In this document: positions 1-10,566 of the stretch, piece after piece
Position numbering within the stretch: the stretch's first letter is position 1
Layout of the letters: each line of letters starts with the position of its first letter
DNA from: an uncultured Nitrospinota bacterium
GTDB lineage: Bacteria > Tectomicrobia > Entotheonellia > J063 > CAVPRW01
DNA: 64,000 nt
Assembly (NCBI GenBank): GCA_963707985.1
Contig: CAVPRW010000024.1
Span: 1-64,000, forward strand
Direction: 5' to 3'
Notes under the pieces: model-generated
What the model saw: only the letters and a program-made list of their open reading frames with translations
What the model was told of the DNA's origin: nothing
The model's database searches: none
Translations under genes and position numbers: made by a program

Positions 1-1711
1 AAGGGCACGACGAACCAATGTTTCTTCCGACGCAGCAGCTCCGGGGGCAACATGTCCCGAAAGGCTTGTTTCAGCAGGTATTTCGATTTTCCCCAGCGGA
101 TTTTCAAATCGGGCGGCAGGGCGACGACGAACTCCATGAAGGCGGTATCGAGCATTGGGGAGCGAGTTTCCAGGGCGTTGGCCATGCTCATGCGATCCAT
201 CTTCACATGCAGGTCGTCCGGCAGATAGGTCATAAAATTCACACGGAGCAAGCGATGCAGTAGGGGAACGTCGTCCTGTGCCAGATCGCCATCATTGACG
301 CTGCGATGCAGCCGCCCGTCCTCCAGCAGCGCGGCGAACTCCGGACGCAAGAGCCGCAGCAGGTCTGGCACACCGAACAACGACACCCAGCCGATAAAGC
401 GCTCTGGACCGAGGCATGGGCCTGCTCCAGGAAGCGGTCGAGGCGCTCCCGCAGCGGATGATAACCATTGTGGTCCGGCAGCCAGCGGGCCAGGGCTCTG
501 CCCACGGGCGTCAGAGATTTTGGCAGACGTTCTGCCACCAGCGCGCCGAAGAAGCGATCGTACCCAGCGAAGGCTTCATCGCCGCCATCGCCATTCATCG
601 CCACTGTGACGTACTGGCGCGCCAGTTTTGAGACCAGAAAGGTGGGAATAGCGGAAGAGTCGCCATAGGGCTGATCGTGATGCCACAGCAACCGTTCGAT
701 CAGCGCGATGGTGTCAGGATTGACGACAAAAGCGGTATGCTCGGTCTTGAAATGGCGGGCTGCCAATGCAGCGTACGGGCGCTCGTCGAATGACAGATCA
801 TCGCCGAAGCCGATGGTGAAGGTATGAACCGGCTCCTGCAGGAGTTGCGACATAATGCCGACGATGATCGAGGAATCCAGCCCACCACTCAGCAGTGCGC
901 CCAAGGGCACATCGCTAATAAGACGTCGGGAAACGGCCTGTATCAGGAGTTCTCGTAAGCGCCCAGCGGCTTGCGTGGCGGGAAGAGAGACGTGGCTGGA
1001 ATATCCCCCGTAGGTCAGGTCCCAATACCTCAACGGACCGGCCAGGCCTGTACGGTCGACGACCACATAAGACGCAGGGGGAACCTGGAAGATCCCATGG
1101 AACAAGGTGCGCGGCGTCGGCACATACCCAAACGTCAGCCATTCCGGCAGATTCTCGACGACGAGACGTGGCGCAACCCAGGGGCAGGCCAGCAGCGCTT
1201 TAATCTCCGAAGCAAAGGCCATTCGGATGCCATCGAACGTATAGAACAACGGCTTTTTCCCTGACCGATCGCGGGCTAGGATTAGCCGCTGGCGCCGTCC
1301 ATCCCAGAGGGCAAAGGCGAACATGCCATCGAGATGAGTCAGAAAACCATCGCCGAACGCTTCATAAGCGTGCACGATGGTCTCGGTGTCCGACCGCGAG
1401 CGAAAGACATGTCCCCGTTGCTCCAGCTCATGCCGCAGGTCGAGGAAGTTATAAATTTCCCCGTTGAAAATGACCCAGATGGTCTCATCTTCGTTGGCCA
1501 GGGGCTGTCGTGCCGCCTTCGAGAGGTCAATGATCTTCAAGCGACAATGGCCCAGGAAGATCGACGGCGACGTCTGCGACGCCGGCGCCTGCAGGGTCAG
1601 GCTGCCGCTGTCATCCGGGCCACGATGCCAGAGCAAGTCCATCATGCGCTGGCCCACAGCTGCATCCATCGGTTGTCCGTGCAGGTTGAGTACGCCGCAG
1701 ATGCCACACAT
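1..1711 (-). pseudogene. asnB: AsnB-like glutamine amidotransferase, frameshifted, runs off window start
   Basis: MCGICG N-terminus, HRGPD, NGEIYN, LSGGLDSS, GDGGDE. The ORF loses homology near 410; another frame continues PERFIGW...NFMTYLPDDLHVKMDRMSMANALETRSPMLD. A second shift near 45 gives PELLRRKKHWFVVP. Could be assembly errors. Confidence 0.85.
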
Positions 1712-1806
1712 GGTCAGAGGTTACTCGATACCTTTGGTAAGCCCAGAGATGTCCTCGCTCAGTCCTTTGGCTTGCAGCCTCGCAGAACGATCGCTATAGC
1801 GACGGC

Positions 1807-1956
1807 ATGAGCCTCGAAAAAGCAGAGGAATTTCTGAAAGTTGCGCAACGACGCTTGGAAGAAGGATGGTACAACTCGGCCGTGAAACGAGCTTACTATG
1901 CCATGTTTCAGGCAGCCAGAGCGGCTCTCACAGCGGTTGGGATTCATCGTCCTTGA
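1807..1956 (+). pseudogene. Truncated HEPN-domain protein (N-terminal half)
   Basis: Own translation: MSLEKAEEFLKVAQRRLEEGWYNSAVKRAYYAMFQAARAALTAVGIHRP*. RAYYAMF..A is typical of HEPN proteins; ORF stops at 49 aa. Confidence 0.7.
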
Positions 1957-2055
1957 AGATGACTAGCCTGACACACCATTATCCTGTACACTGAGCAAGC
2001 TGAAACATATGGCGACCTGGGACAGAAGGGCGCTACCACTCATAAAGGAGGACCT

Positions 2056-2406
2056 ATGACGAGTGAACCCCAGGAAGCAGCCTTCATTCAACTAACTGAA
2101 CATCCCCATATCCTGCACGTGGCGGGTATCTGTGGTGGTCGGCCAACTATCAAGGACAGTCGTATTGCCGTCTCGCATGTCGCGCAACTTTACAAGGGTG
2201 GGGACACCGTGGATGAGATCTTGCAGGCGCACCCTCACCTACAGGCGGCAGCGGTCTACGATGCCATAAGTTACTATCTAGACCATCAGGAGGAAATCGA
2301 GCAGGAAATCGCAGAAAATCGTCTCGAAGCATTGATGAAAAAAGATGGCATCAGAATGGATGAACGAGGCTTCATCCATTTCACCGGCACTGCTCCGGCG
2401 CAATGA
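2056..2406 (+). CDS. DUF433 family putative antitoxin
   Basis: GICGGRPTIKDSRIAV...HPHL...VYDAISYY; AAGGAGG RBS; overlaps a downstream PIN-like gene. Confidence 0.9.
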   Translation: MTSEPQEAAFIQLTEHPHILHVAGICGGRPTIKDSRIAVSHVAQLYKGGDTVDEILQAHPHLQAAAVYDAISYYLDHQEEIEQEIAENRLEALMKKDGIRMDERGFIHFTGTAPAQ

Positions 2407-2786
2407 TGGTTGCGGAAGCCCCACGCCTTTTTGTTGCCCTCTACACGGATGAGGATGTCACTGCAGATCTTGCTCCCGCTCTGCGCCGGCGGGGCTATAC
2501 GGCTCAAAGTACAGCGGAGGCTGGTAACTTCCGTATCCCTGATGAAAATCAGTTAACCTTCGCGACCGAACGAAAAATGGCTCTCTTGACATACAACGCA
2601 CGGGATTTCATTCCGTTAGGCCAACGGTGGTATCGGGGCGGTCGCGAGCATGCTGGCATCATGATCTCCGAACAGATGAGCCAGCGTCGCTTTGGGGAGT
2701 TGCTACGGCGGGTGTTGCGATTGCTGGATGCCTTAACTGCTGAGGAAATGCATAACCGCATCGTTTTCCTACAGCAATTCAAATGA
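2403..2786 (+). CDS. DUF5615 family PIN-like putative toxin
   Basis: LYTDEDV...LRRRGY...DENQL...LLTYNARDF...HAGI; ATGA overlap with DUF433. Confidence 0.88.
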   Translation: MMVAEAPRLFVALYTDEDVTADLAPALRRRGYTAQSTAEAGNFRIPDENQLTFATERKMALLTYNARDFIPLGQRWYRGGREHAGIMISEQMSQRRFGELLRRVLRLLDALTAEEMHNRIVFLQQFK

Positions 2787-2789
2787 TCG

Positions 2790-2887
2790 CACTCGCAGAG
2801 GAGTTTGTCGAAGGCGACCTCTAATGCTTTGTGGACTTTGAGTGCACCTTGGATCAGAGTTGCAGTAATGTCCTCTATGAAATTCAT
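2790..2887 (-). pseudogene. GxxExxY-family protein N-terminal remnant
   Basis: MNFIEDITATLIQGALKVHKAL resembles GxxExxY N-termini; the signature motif is degenerate and the rest is absent. Confidence 0.45.
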
Positions 2888-3007
2888 GAGGCGGAGCAGG
2901 GAGAACAATGGAAAAGAAGGTAAATAACGATGCCGTCGCACGATCGTCCAGAGTTTTGTCAGTCAATCAGACCACTACCCCATCATCTATGATATCTGAC
3001 TATTCCC

Positions 3008-3625
3008 TCACTCCGCGTCACAGACTGCATCGACACTCACGGTAAAGTCTGTCAGCAGCGCAGATGTAGCTGTCTTACCGCGGCGGAATACTCCGTGCGC
3101 AATGTACACGCCATTCTCGAGCGTCAGCACCGTGATGGTTTCCTCTTGGGGGTTGACGATCCAGTACTCGGGGATATGCGCTTCCGCATAGTCACCGCGT
3201 TTGATCACTGTGTCGCGCTCGACATCGTCGGGGCTCACGATCTCCACCACGAGGTCCGCACCGAGCCAGAAGGCGTTTTGATTACGCGGGTCGTTGACAT
3301 CGAGGAGCAATACCAGGTCCGGCTCGCGAAAGCGGCCAGGCGCGACGCGCACCCGTAACGGCGCATAGAACACCGTGCCGCCGAGACGCTGAACAGAGGC
3401 CAAGAAGGCAAGGAAGAGGAAGCGTGAGATCGCCTGGTGTTTGCGTGTCGGCATCGGCAGGACCTCCACGGAGCCCTCAGTGAATTCAATGAAATGATTC
3501 GTCTGATCCGTGAGTCGGAGGTACTGCTCTTCAGTCCAAAGGCCTTGTAATGGCAACAGATCGATTTCCAGCCCGTCAGCCTCCCAAACCAATTTTAGAG
3601 CTGGGGTTCGTATACCGGTCGCCAT
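3008..3625 (-). CDS. Uma2 family (DUF820) PD-(D/E)XK-like endonuclease
   Basis: REPDLV, ADLVVEIVSP, KRGDYAEAHIPEYWIVNP; likely start MATGIR at 3625 after GAGG. Confidence 0.9.
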   Translation of the reverse strand: MATGIRTPALKLVWEADGLEIDLLPLQGLWTEEQYLRLTDQTNHFIEFTEGSVEVLPMPTRKHQAISRFLFLAFLASVQRLGGTVFYAPLRVRVAPGRFREPDLVLLLDVNDPRNQNAFWLGADLVVEIVSPDDVERDTVIKRGDYAEAHIPEYWIVNPQEETITVLTLENGVYIAHGVFRRGKTATSALLTDFTVSVDAVCDAE

Positions 3626-4196
3626 CCTCTCTTCCCCCTGCCAAAGGCGTCGTGCGCCGTCACAATAGTAGTATCTGAGAAGATCTCTGAAGTCGTTCAC
3701 AGTACTGCATGGGACTAGCACGCGACACTCTCAGCGAGGGTCCTCCGCTCGCCATCGCTCAGGCAGTCGCGCCCTTTGATGTGATGGCGCAGGCGGCGAC
3801 TCTCTGTCACAAGGGACTGGAGGCCCCGCAGGAGTTCTTGGTCCACTGATCACGTGATGTACCCCAACGGCCTTTCGCAGCCATTGCCCTTTCCACACCT
3901 GCCATATTTGCTCGGACTGGGAGGAAGTATGGCGGATCATGGAGCGGAAGGCAAGCCAAAGGACAGGATATAAACGGACATATAATCGCTGGTAAAAAGA
4001 TGTGTTCGGATTTTTCACTATACGGGTTCTTCATCTTGAGTAAGCGATGATCGGTCGTATAGGGACTCGAGTCACTGCGGAGCCTGTAGTTTCGTGCACG
4101 TCAGGGTCGAGACAAAAACCGCTCGCTTGCTGAACAAATTGATCTCTTAAACCTCTAGTGTTATATTCCTCTCGGAAGTCAGAGTAGTACACAAAG

Positions 4197-4508
4197 GTGC
4201 CGGCCAGAGAGGGAAGCCCCGTGGGTACAGTGACGGACCACATCGTACGTGACGAGAAGATTTGTGGCGGAGAACCCCGCATCCGCGGCACAAGGATTAC
4301 CGTGCGCACAATTGTCGAGTCAGTCCGGCTCTACCATGCAAAAGAGCCTTTGCTTCAAGCTTTTCCCGATCTCGCACCCGGGGACCTTGATGCGGCACTG
4401 GTCTATTACGCGGAGCACCCTGCAGAGATCGAAGACTACATCCACCAACAGGGCGCTGCCGAGCAAAATCTGCGGCATGTTCCTAATGTATTGAACCCTT
4501 CTCGATAG
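4197..4508 (+). CDS. DUF433 family putative antitoxin
   Basis: ICGGEPRIRGTRITVRTIV...FPDL...AALVYY; exact start uncertain. Confidence 0.85.
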   Translation: MPAREGSPVGTVTDHIVRDEKICGGEPRIRGTRITVRTIVESVRLYHAKEPLLQAFPDLAPGDLDAALVYYAEHPAEIEDYIHQQGAAEQNLRHVPNVLNPSR

Positions 4509-4522
4509 GATAGAGACTTCTT

Positions 4523-4674
4523 GTGAGGCTGTACATCTGAGGCTGTACATCGATCACGATGTCGACGTGGGTATAGCAGAGTGCCTTCGAAGGAGAGGGC
4601 ATGACGTCTCAACCACTAAAGAATCAGGCAATGCCGAGGCGTCAGATGAAGCTCAATTGCATGAATTTCGTTAG
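4523..4674 (+). pseudogene. DUF5615 PIN-like toxin remnant
   Basis: RLYIDHDVDVGIAECLRRRGHDV...SDEAQL. A 14-bp tandem duplication (4524-4551) puts TGA after codon 5, and the gene is 3'-truncated. Confidence 0.8.
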
Positions 4675-4699
4675 AACTCTCTGAAGCAATGTATAACCA

Positions 4700-4767
4700 C
4701 CGCGTTTTCCTGGGAGCAACTCCTCAAAGTGGCCCTCAACGTTGTGGCCAGCCACGATACCGGCCAT
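4700..4767 (-). pseudogene. Probable DUF5615-like N-terminal fragment
   Basis: MAGIVAGHNVEGHFEELL directly downstream of a DUF433 remnant; homology is lost afterwards. Confidence 0.35.
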
Positions 4768-4870
4768 TGTGCGTCTCTTCTTACTCTCCCATGTGTAAGC
4801 CTTGGAGCTCGAACAAACGGGCCTGATTGCGCTGACGACTCGCGGTAATTTTCGCTTCGATTTGAGGGGC

Positions 4871-5104
4871 CTACTGATAACGCATGGGCCGAGCGCGGAT
4901 GCTTTGGTAGGTCGAGGTGACTTCGTCCCGATGGGCAGCGATTTAGTCCAATGCGGCTTGAATGTCACGTGATGATAGGCGAAACAACGCCGCCATGCCA
5001 TCCCGATGCCACCATTGTTGGGCATAGTCCATAACATCATAGACGGTGATAGGAGTTTCTTCCATTCCTAGGACACATCCTCGATCGATGATTTTTGCAC
5101 TCAT
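4871..5104 (-). pseudogene. DUF433-like antitoxin with premature stop
   Basis: MSAKIIDRG...ITVYDVMDY...LSSRDIQAALD*IAAHRDEV; TAA sits where a Tyr is expected. Confidence 0.7.
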
Positions 5105-5474
5105 AGGATACCTCGTCGATGCGGAATCCCCATGCAGCCTTACGATGGTCATCCGTCAACAAACCACTCAGCCTTTCGCGACACCATTTGGGACCTTTAG
5201 GTCGTATACCTCACCGAATGAAGGCGTGAACACCATAAACCGTTGTTTTGGTGGGGGCACTCCCAGGAGGAGGCATAAATACTACCAGGCGCAACACAAT
5301 GGAAAAATCAGCCCTGAAGAGCCGGCAGCCATGCCCTATAGCGTTTCTCAGTTGCATATGCTACACGCATCCACAATGGGCAAACCAGCCTCTGGCATCT
5401 TGCGGCGTAATCATGGCGAATGCCTCTGTAATGGCCTGGTCCAGTACATCACGCGTGCGTGCGGCTTTTTTACG

Positions 5475-6650
5475 TAACTCGACAGTTGTGATTTGGGGTG
5501 GTCACATCTGGTCAGACGTGGACCATGCCCCGCCACTTGGCAAATAACTGGGCAAAGACGTGGTCAGCCGTGGCGCCCTGGGACAACTGGGCATGTACAA
5601 ACAGCAAGAGCTTCTGGATCAGCGCACGTCCCTGTTGCCGACAAGCGTCCCTCATGGTGTGCATGAGGCCCTTCGTTCGGTCCGGTACCGCAGGCAGACA
5701 CGTCAGGTGCCACAGCGAAGAGGCGACGCGGACCAGACACCCATGTGCCCCAATGGCTTCGGCACTCCACATGCGATACTCGTGGAAGCCCAACGGCCCC
5801 TTGCTGGCCTGATAGAACGTTTCCGTCGGCCACCGTTGCCAGTACAGGCCAATGATCTTGGCGGCAGTCCCATCAACCCGGTTCGTCACCAGCACGACCG
5901 CACGTCCTGTCAAAGACTCGTGCTCAAAGCTCACCACGATGCGAACCTTGCTCAGGCCAGGGATGCTGACAGCCAGCGTGAAGCACCAGTAGGTCTGCTC
6001 TCTGACGTTGACGGGGCGATAGGCACACGGGGGAATCAGGGGCACCAGTTCGTCGACCGCGACGTGGGGGGCTGGCAGCTTCAGGGGCCAGCCGTTGACA
6101 TCCCCCAGCTGAACGCTAGCGGTTTCCAGCAGGCGGTTGGTTTTGAGCACACTGATCCAATCTTTCCGCCGTCGGGCTAAGACCCGGACCAAATCTTCGG
6201 CCAAGTACCAGGCGTCAAACACCACAACGCTAAAGGGCACTTTGTGACGGATGGCCGCTTCGATCAGCTCAATGGCCAGCGCAATTTTGGTCCGAAACGG
6301 CTCATGCCGCGCCCGCAACTCGGCATCCTGGAGTCACACCGGGTCGACCTGGTTATGCAGGCGATTCCGCGCCTTTTGCTCGCGCGGGATCGTGCGGTCA
6401 GGAACCTGCTTGGCTACTGCGGCTTCCCACTGGGTCAATGCCTCATCGCGGCGATACAGGCGCAAGCCCAGGGGGAAGCGTGCGGGCCCACTGCCAGAGA
6501 AACTGGTGACCGGATGATGGGCCAAGGGATAGGTGCCGTCGCTGTGGTGGTCGTGCCGATCCACATCGTCAAAGAGGCTCCCCACATGCTCGCATAGGGG
6601 ACGCAACGATGGCCACAAGCGATTCGTGTCGTCGACGACGATGGGCGTTA
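5475..6650 (-). mobile_element. IS701-like DDE transposase, decayed and 5'-truncated
   Basis: IVVDDT, FPLGLRLY, TKIALAIELI, VVVFDAWY, LVTN, YWQRWPTETFYQASK; broken near 6320-6335; boundaries approximate. Confidence 0.75.
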
Positions 6651-6723
6651 GTCTGCTGAAGCATAAACCGGACCCGGCGGCGATTGACCTCCTCCTCCCG
6701 CCAGGGAGCCTCCGCCAGAAAGC

Positions 6724-7059
6724 GAAGGTATTGATGATCTTCGGAATCCTGGCCATTTGTGCCGCCAGTGATCCGTAGATATTCGGCTTAATGGTGAAAT
6801 GATGTACGGCGTCGAGCGCTTGCCGGCGGTAGATCTGGCACAGGTGCGCGATCGCCATGCCTTCGGACAGAGGGTTAAAGCTCCGCCGCTGCAGATGCCA
6901 GTCTGCGACTGGAAACCCGTCCTTCTGGATGGATGAGACATACTCTCCAAAGGGACATACGAAGATGACGTCATGGCCTCTTTCCCGCAAGGCCTGTGCG
7001 AGAGGCATCCGAAAATTGTACAGGGTCCAGTCCCAATGTGCGACGAGGGCGATTTTCAT
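6724..7059 (-). pseudogene. GT4 (CapM-like) glycosyltransferase, N-terminal third only
   Basis: LYNFRMPLAQAL...VHHFTIKPNIYGSLAA...IINTF, then reads in frame into transposase sequence. Confidence 0.8.
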
Positions 7060-7071
7060 GCGGCTCCCCCC

Positions 7072-9060
7072 TCAGGCGTAACTGTGCGTCGTCACCTCGG
7101 TGACATCGATGCTGTCATCCGTGTCTGGTCGCCGTGGTGTCCACAGAGCGTCCCTCTCAAACATCCGCAGCCACACCTCGAAGGTCAAGAGGAGCCAGAG
7201 TCGATCCCAATGTTGTCGCACCTCGTCGACATGTTCCCGGAACAAGGTGTGGATGAGTTCCTGGTTGCAGTAGGCGCGTAGACGGGCTTGCGGGCTTAAC
7301 AGCGTATCCTCGACATAGCTCCGGAGTTGATGGCGGAACCAATGCCCGAGGGGGACACCAAATCCATGCTTTTTGCGGTTGCGCAATGCGGGTGGCAAGA
7401 CATCGCCACAGGCCAGCCTCAACACATATTTCATCCGAGTGTGATGGATCTTCAGGTGCGGCGGCAAGGTGGCGACATACTCCATCAACGCGGTATCGAG
7501 CATGGGCGAGCGGGTTTCCAGGGCATTCGCCATGCTGAGGCGATCCATCTTCACATGCAAGTCGTCTGGCAGATAGGTCATGAAGTTGACCTGCAGCAAT
7601 TGATGCAACAGCGGCAATCCTTTGGCTGCTGCATAGCAGTGCATGAAACTCGTCTGCAACGCTTCTGGCGCAACCGACGCTGTCAGTTCTGGCCGCAACA
7701 CACCCTGGAGGGTGGACCAATGAAAGTACGTAATCCAGCCGAGAAAACGTTCTTCCGGAGACGCAGCGGCATTTTCGAAGAAACGTTCCAGACGACGCCG
7801 AATGCTGTAATAGCCCTGCTGGTGGGGTAAGCAGCGTGTGATAGCCCGTCCCACCGGGGTCATCCAGCGGGGGACCCGCTGCGCTACAAGCGCCCCCAGA
7901 AAGCGGTCATAGCCGGCAAAGACCTCATCGCCGCCATCGCCGTTGAGCACCACCGTGACCTGCTGACTTGCGAGCTTACTGACCAGATAGGTGGGAATAG
8001 CGGACGAATCACCAAACGGTTGGTCATGGTGCCAGACGAGCCGCTCCATGAGGGCTACGGCATCGGTCTTGACGACGAACTCCGTGTGGTCGGTTTTGAA
8101 ATGCCGTGCAGCCATCTCGGCGTATGGGCGTTCATCGAAGGAAGGGTCATCTGCCATCCCGATCGTAAAAGTACGCACGGGCTCGCGCATCAGTTGCGAC
8201 ATGAGTCCCACAATGATCGACGAATCGAGACCTCCGCTCAATAGGGCTCCCAAAGGCACATCGCTGATCAGTCGGCGCTGTACTGCCTCTGTCAGCAGCT
8301 CCCGCACGCGTTTGGCCGCCTGCGGAGCAGAAAAGCTATGACCGTTTGATGCTGGGGAAAAAGGGAGCTGCCAGTAGCGGATGGGGCCTTTGAGTCCACT
8401 GTGGTCGACCACCACGTATGACGCCGGAGGTACCTGAAAAATCCCCCGAAACAACGTCCTCGGCGCAGGGACATAGCCGAATGTGAACAACTCAGGTAAG
8501 TGATCCACCGCGATGTGGCGTTCCACCCAGGGGCAGACGAGGATCGCTTTGATCTCTGACGCGAAGGTCAACCGAGTGCCATCGAAGGTGTAGAATAGCG
8601 GCTTTTTCCCAGACCGATCGCGGGCCAGGATCAGCCGCTGGCGCCGTCCATCCCACAGCGCAAAGGCAAACATGCCATCGAGATGGGTCAGAAAGTCGTC
8701 CCCGAATGATTCATACGCATGCACGATGGTTTCGGTGTCGGACCGTGAGCGGAAGACATGTCCCCGTTGCTCCAGCTCATGCCTTAAGTCGAGGAAGTTA
8801 TAAATCTCCCCGTTGAAGATGACCCAGATCGTCTCATCCTCATTGGCCAATGGCTGTCGGGCCGCTTCTGAGAGATCAATGATCTTCAAGCGACAATGGC
8901 CCAAGAAGATCGATGCCGACGTCTGCGACGCCGGCGCTTGTAGGACCAGGTTGCCGCTGTCATCTGGGCCCCGATGCCAGAGCAAGTCCATCATGCGCTG
9001 GCCCATGGCCACGTCCACTGCCTGTCCGTGCAGATTGAGCATGCCGCAGATGCCGCACAT
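7072..9060 (-). CDS. asnB: AsnB-like glutamine-hydrolysing amidotransferase (polysaccharide-locus type)
   Basis: 662 aa, Ntn Cys2, LSGGLDSS, GDGGDEVFAGY, KMDRLSMANALETRSP, RKKHGFGVP. Confidence 0.93.
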   Translation of the reverse strand: MCGICGMLNLHGQAVDVAMGQRMMDLLWHRGPDDSGNLVLQAPASQTSASIFLGHCRLKIIDLSEAARQPLANEDETIWVIFNGEIYNFLDLRHELEQRGHVFRSRSDTETIVHAYESFGDDFLTHLDGMFAFALWDGRRQRLILARDRSGKKPLFYTFDGTRLTFASEIKAILVCPWVERHIAVDHLPELFTFGYVPAPRTLFRGIFQVPPASYVVVDHSGLKGPIRYWQLPFSPASNGHSFSAPQAAKRVRELLTEAVQRRLISDVPLGALLSGGLDSSIIVGLMSQLMREPVRTFTIGMADDPSFDERPYAEMAARHFKTDHTEFVVKTDAVALMERLVWHHDQPFGDSSAIPTYLVSKLASQQVTVVLNGDGGDEVFAGYDRFLGALVAQRVPRWMTPVGRAITRCLPHQQGYYSIRRRLERFFENAAASPEERFLGWITYFHWSTLQGVLRPELTASVAPEALQTSFMHCYAAAKGLPLLHQLLQVNFMTYLPDDLHVKMDRLSMANALETRSPMLDTALMEYVATLPPHLKIHHTRMKYVLRLACGDVLPPALRNRKKHGFGVPLGHWFRHQLRSYVEDTLLSPQARLRAYCNQELIHTLFREHVDEVRQHWDRLWLLLTFEVWLRMFERDALWTPRRPDTDDSIDVTEVTTHSYA

Positions 9061-9332
9061 AGTCAGAGGCTCCCTAACGCTTGGCTAATCGCGGTTGACC
9101 TCAGTGAACACCTGCTGCGCAATCTTACCGCTGCCCCCCACCGCTGGGATTTTATCTCGGTCACTCGGATGCTTTCTGGCCTTGATTCAAGCATGCCAGT
9201 CTGGGGCACCAACAGCCGATATACTGTGGACGCTTTGACATGTGGCGGTTTGTCAGCATCAGGACACAGGCCCTCAAAAAGGCAGTTAGATGCCCGAAAG
9301 AGGAGGGCAACATCGAACAAGATCTTGCGGGT

Positions 9333-9400
9333 CAGAAGGTAGCCGATATCATCAAGCGCAAGAAAGCGAGCATCAGGCAGGCGCGTTGACCCCCAGGGTC
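9333..9400 (-). mobile_element. Possible IS21 IstB ATPase fragment
   Basis: ARFLALDDIGYL resembles the IstB Walker B region; very short match. Confidence 0.3.
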
Positions 9401-9662
9401 GCCAGATTGGGCCACATTCATGCAGATGACGTGGGCGCAAGTTGAAGCACGGGCACGTGCGAACAGATCCGGCTTTAAGGTCGTTCGCACGTTATGAACC
9501 GATAGGAGGTTTGATAAATGAGCGAGCACCACTTTCGCAAACTAATGACATTTTTGAAAAAAATCGATCGAGCGCAGATCCACTATACATTCAAGTCTCG
9601 CACCTCATCAGTGCACGTAGCCAGCGCCCAACAAAGCCGTGCGAGGCTGATGCGCCACCGAT

Positions 9663-9700
9663 CTAAATCAATCCACATGATCTCAGATGGATCGATTTAG
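9663..9700. repeat. Short inverted repeat with the same arms as the 25924-26030 element
   Basis: ctaaatcaatcca-12 nt-tggatcgatttag; overlaps the PIN gene stop codon. Confidence 0.6.
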
Positions 9701-10140
9701 GACCACTGAAGATCGGCTTCGATTCTGGCAACAGTCCCAACAGCAAGCCATTCCTCCGGGGTCAGGATGGAGATCTGCACGGGCTGAAAGTGTTTTTTGT
9801 TCCGGGTTATTACATGATCAGCAGAAATTGCCTCGGCACTTGCGAGCTGAATGTTGTCCTCAAAGTCGGGCAATGCAGAGGCGAGCGCTTTGGAGATAAG
9901 TTCCTCGTTGAGAGGAACCAGACGAAATCCCGCTGCGGAGGCTTGAGCATCAGCACGGGCTTGCCTTTCATCGGCAACTCGCAGTCGAAAGAAGTAAAGG
10001 AGTGGGACGGTCAGTGCAGAAATCCACCCTTCGACCTCTGGAGATCTACGTACAAGATTCAGGATGCGCAGGCTTCCCTCCCAATTGGCCCGTTTCGTCA
10101 TCACGTCGATGAAGACATTGACGTCAACCAGGATCTTCAC
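9697..10140 (-). CDS. PIN-domain (VapC-like) toxin
   Basis: ILVDVNVFID, DFEDNIQLASA, VITRNKKHF. Confidence 0.9.
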   Translation of the reverse strand: MKILVDVNVFIDVMTKRANWEGSLRILNLVRRSPEVEGWISALTVPLLYFFRLRVADERQARADAQASAAGFRLVPLNEELISKALASALPDFEDNIQLASAEAISADHVITRNKKHFQPVQISILTPEEWLAVGTVARIEADLQWS

Positions 10141-10436
10141 CCGGCCAATCTCCGGGAAATTTGCTCACCGATCAGGGTTTTGTCTTCCTCCACGGGATGT
10201 TCTGGATGGATCCCGACCAGGGCAAAAAGATCAGGATCAACCGCTATATAGGGATATCGCTGGCAAAATTCCGCTTGGACAGTCGTACCTTGCCTTACCC
10301 ACAGTTTTTTTCCCCCCTTTTGTTCCAAGAGGAGATGCAGCTCGCGGTCTAGTGCAAGAAGGGTAGACAGATCTACCTCTCGCATCAGGCTAAGGAGTTG
10401 CTCCACCCGTTCCGCTATTGTGGCCACGGTAACCAT
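10137..10436 (-). CDS. Putative antitoxin coupled to the PIN toxin
   Basis: ~99 aa after GGAGGGG RBS, GTGA overlap with the PIN gene; no family recognised. Confidence 0.65.
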   Translation of the reverse strand: MVTVATIAERVEQLLSLMREVDLSTLLALDRELHLLLEQKGGKKLWVRQGTTVQAEFCQRYPYIAVDPDLFALVGIHPEHPVEEDKTLIGEQISRRLAG

Positions 10437-10537
10437 CCCCTCCAGTGTACCCTCTTCAGCTCTCTCAAATGGACACACCTCAGTTGCGAGTATTTTTGCG
10501 ACAAAGATCGTTGGTTCTCCAACGCTTTGCACGCAAG

Positions 10538-10566
10538 ACCATAACCCCTTAGGGAGAATGAGTCAA
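10538..10566 (-). promoter_or_regulatory. Sigma70-like promoter for the PIN TA pair
   Basis: TTGACT-N17-TATGGT about 100 bp upstream of the antitoxin start. Confidence 0.5.

Noticed and set aside
3731..4034. Overlapping short minus-strand ORFs
   Set aside because: No motif or RBS support; may be a gene remnant but cannot be assigned.
9072..9140. attC-like start (CCCTAAC) suggesting integron cassettes for the TA modules
   Set aside because: No complementary GTTRRRY arm at a suitable distance, no recurrence at other module ends and no integrase in the window.
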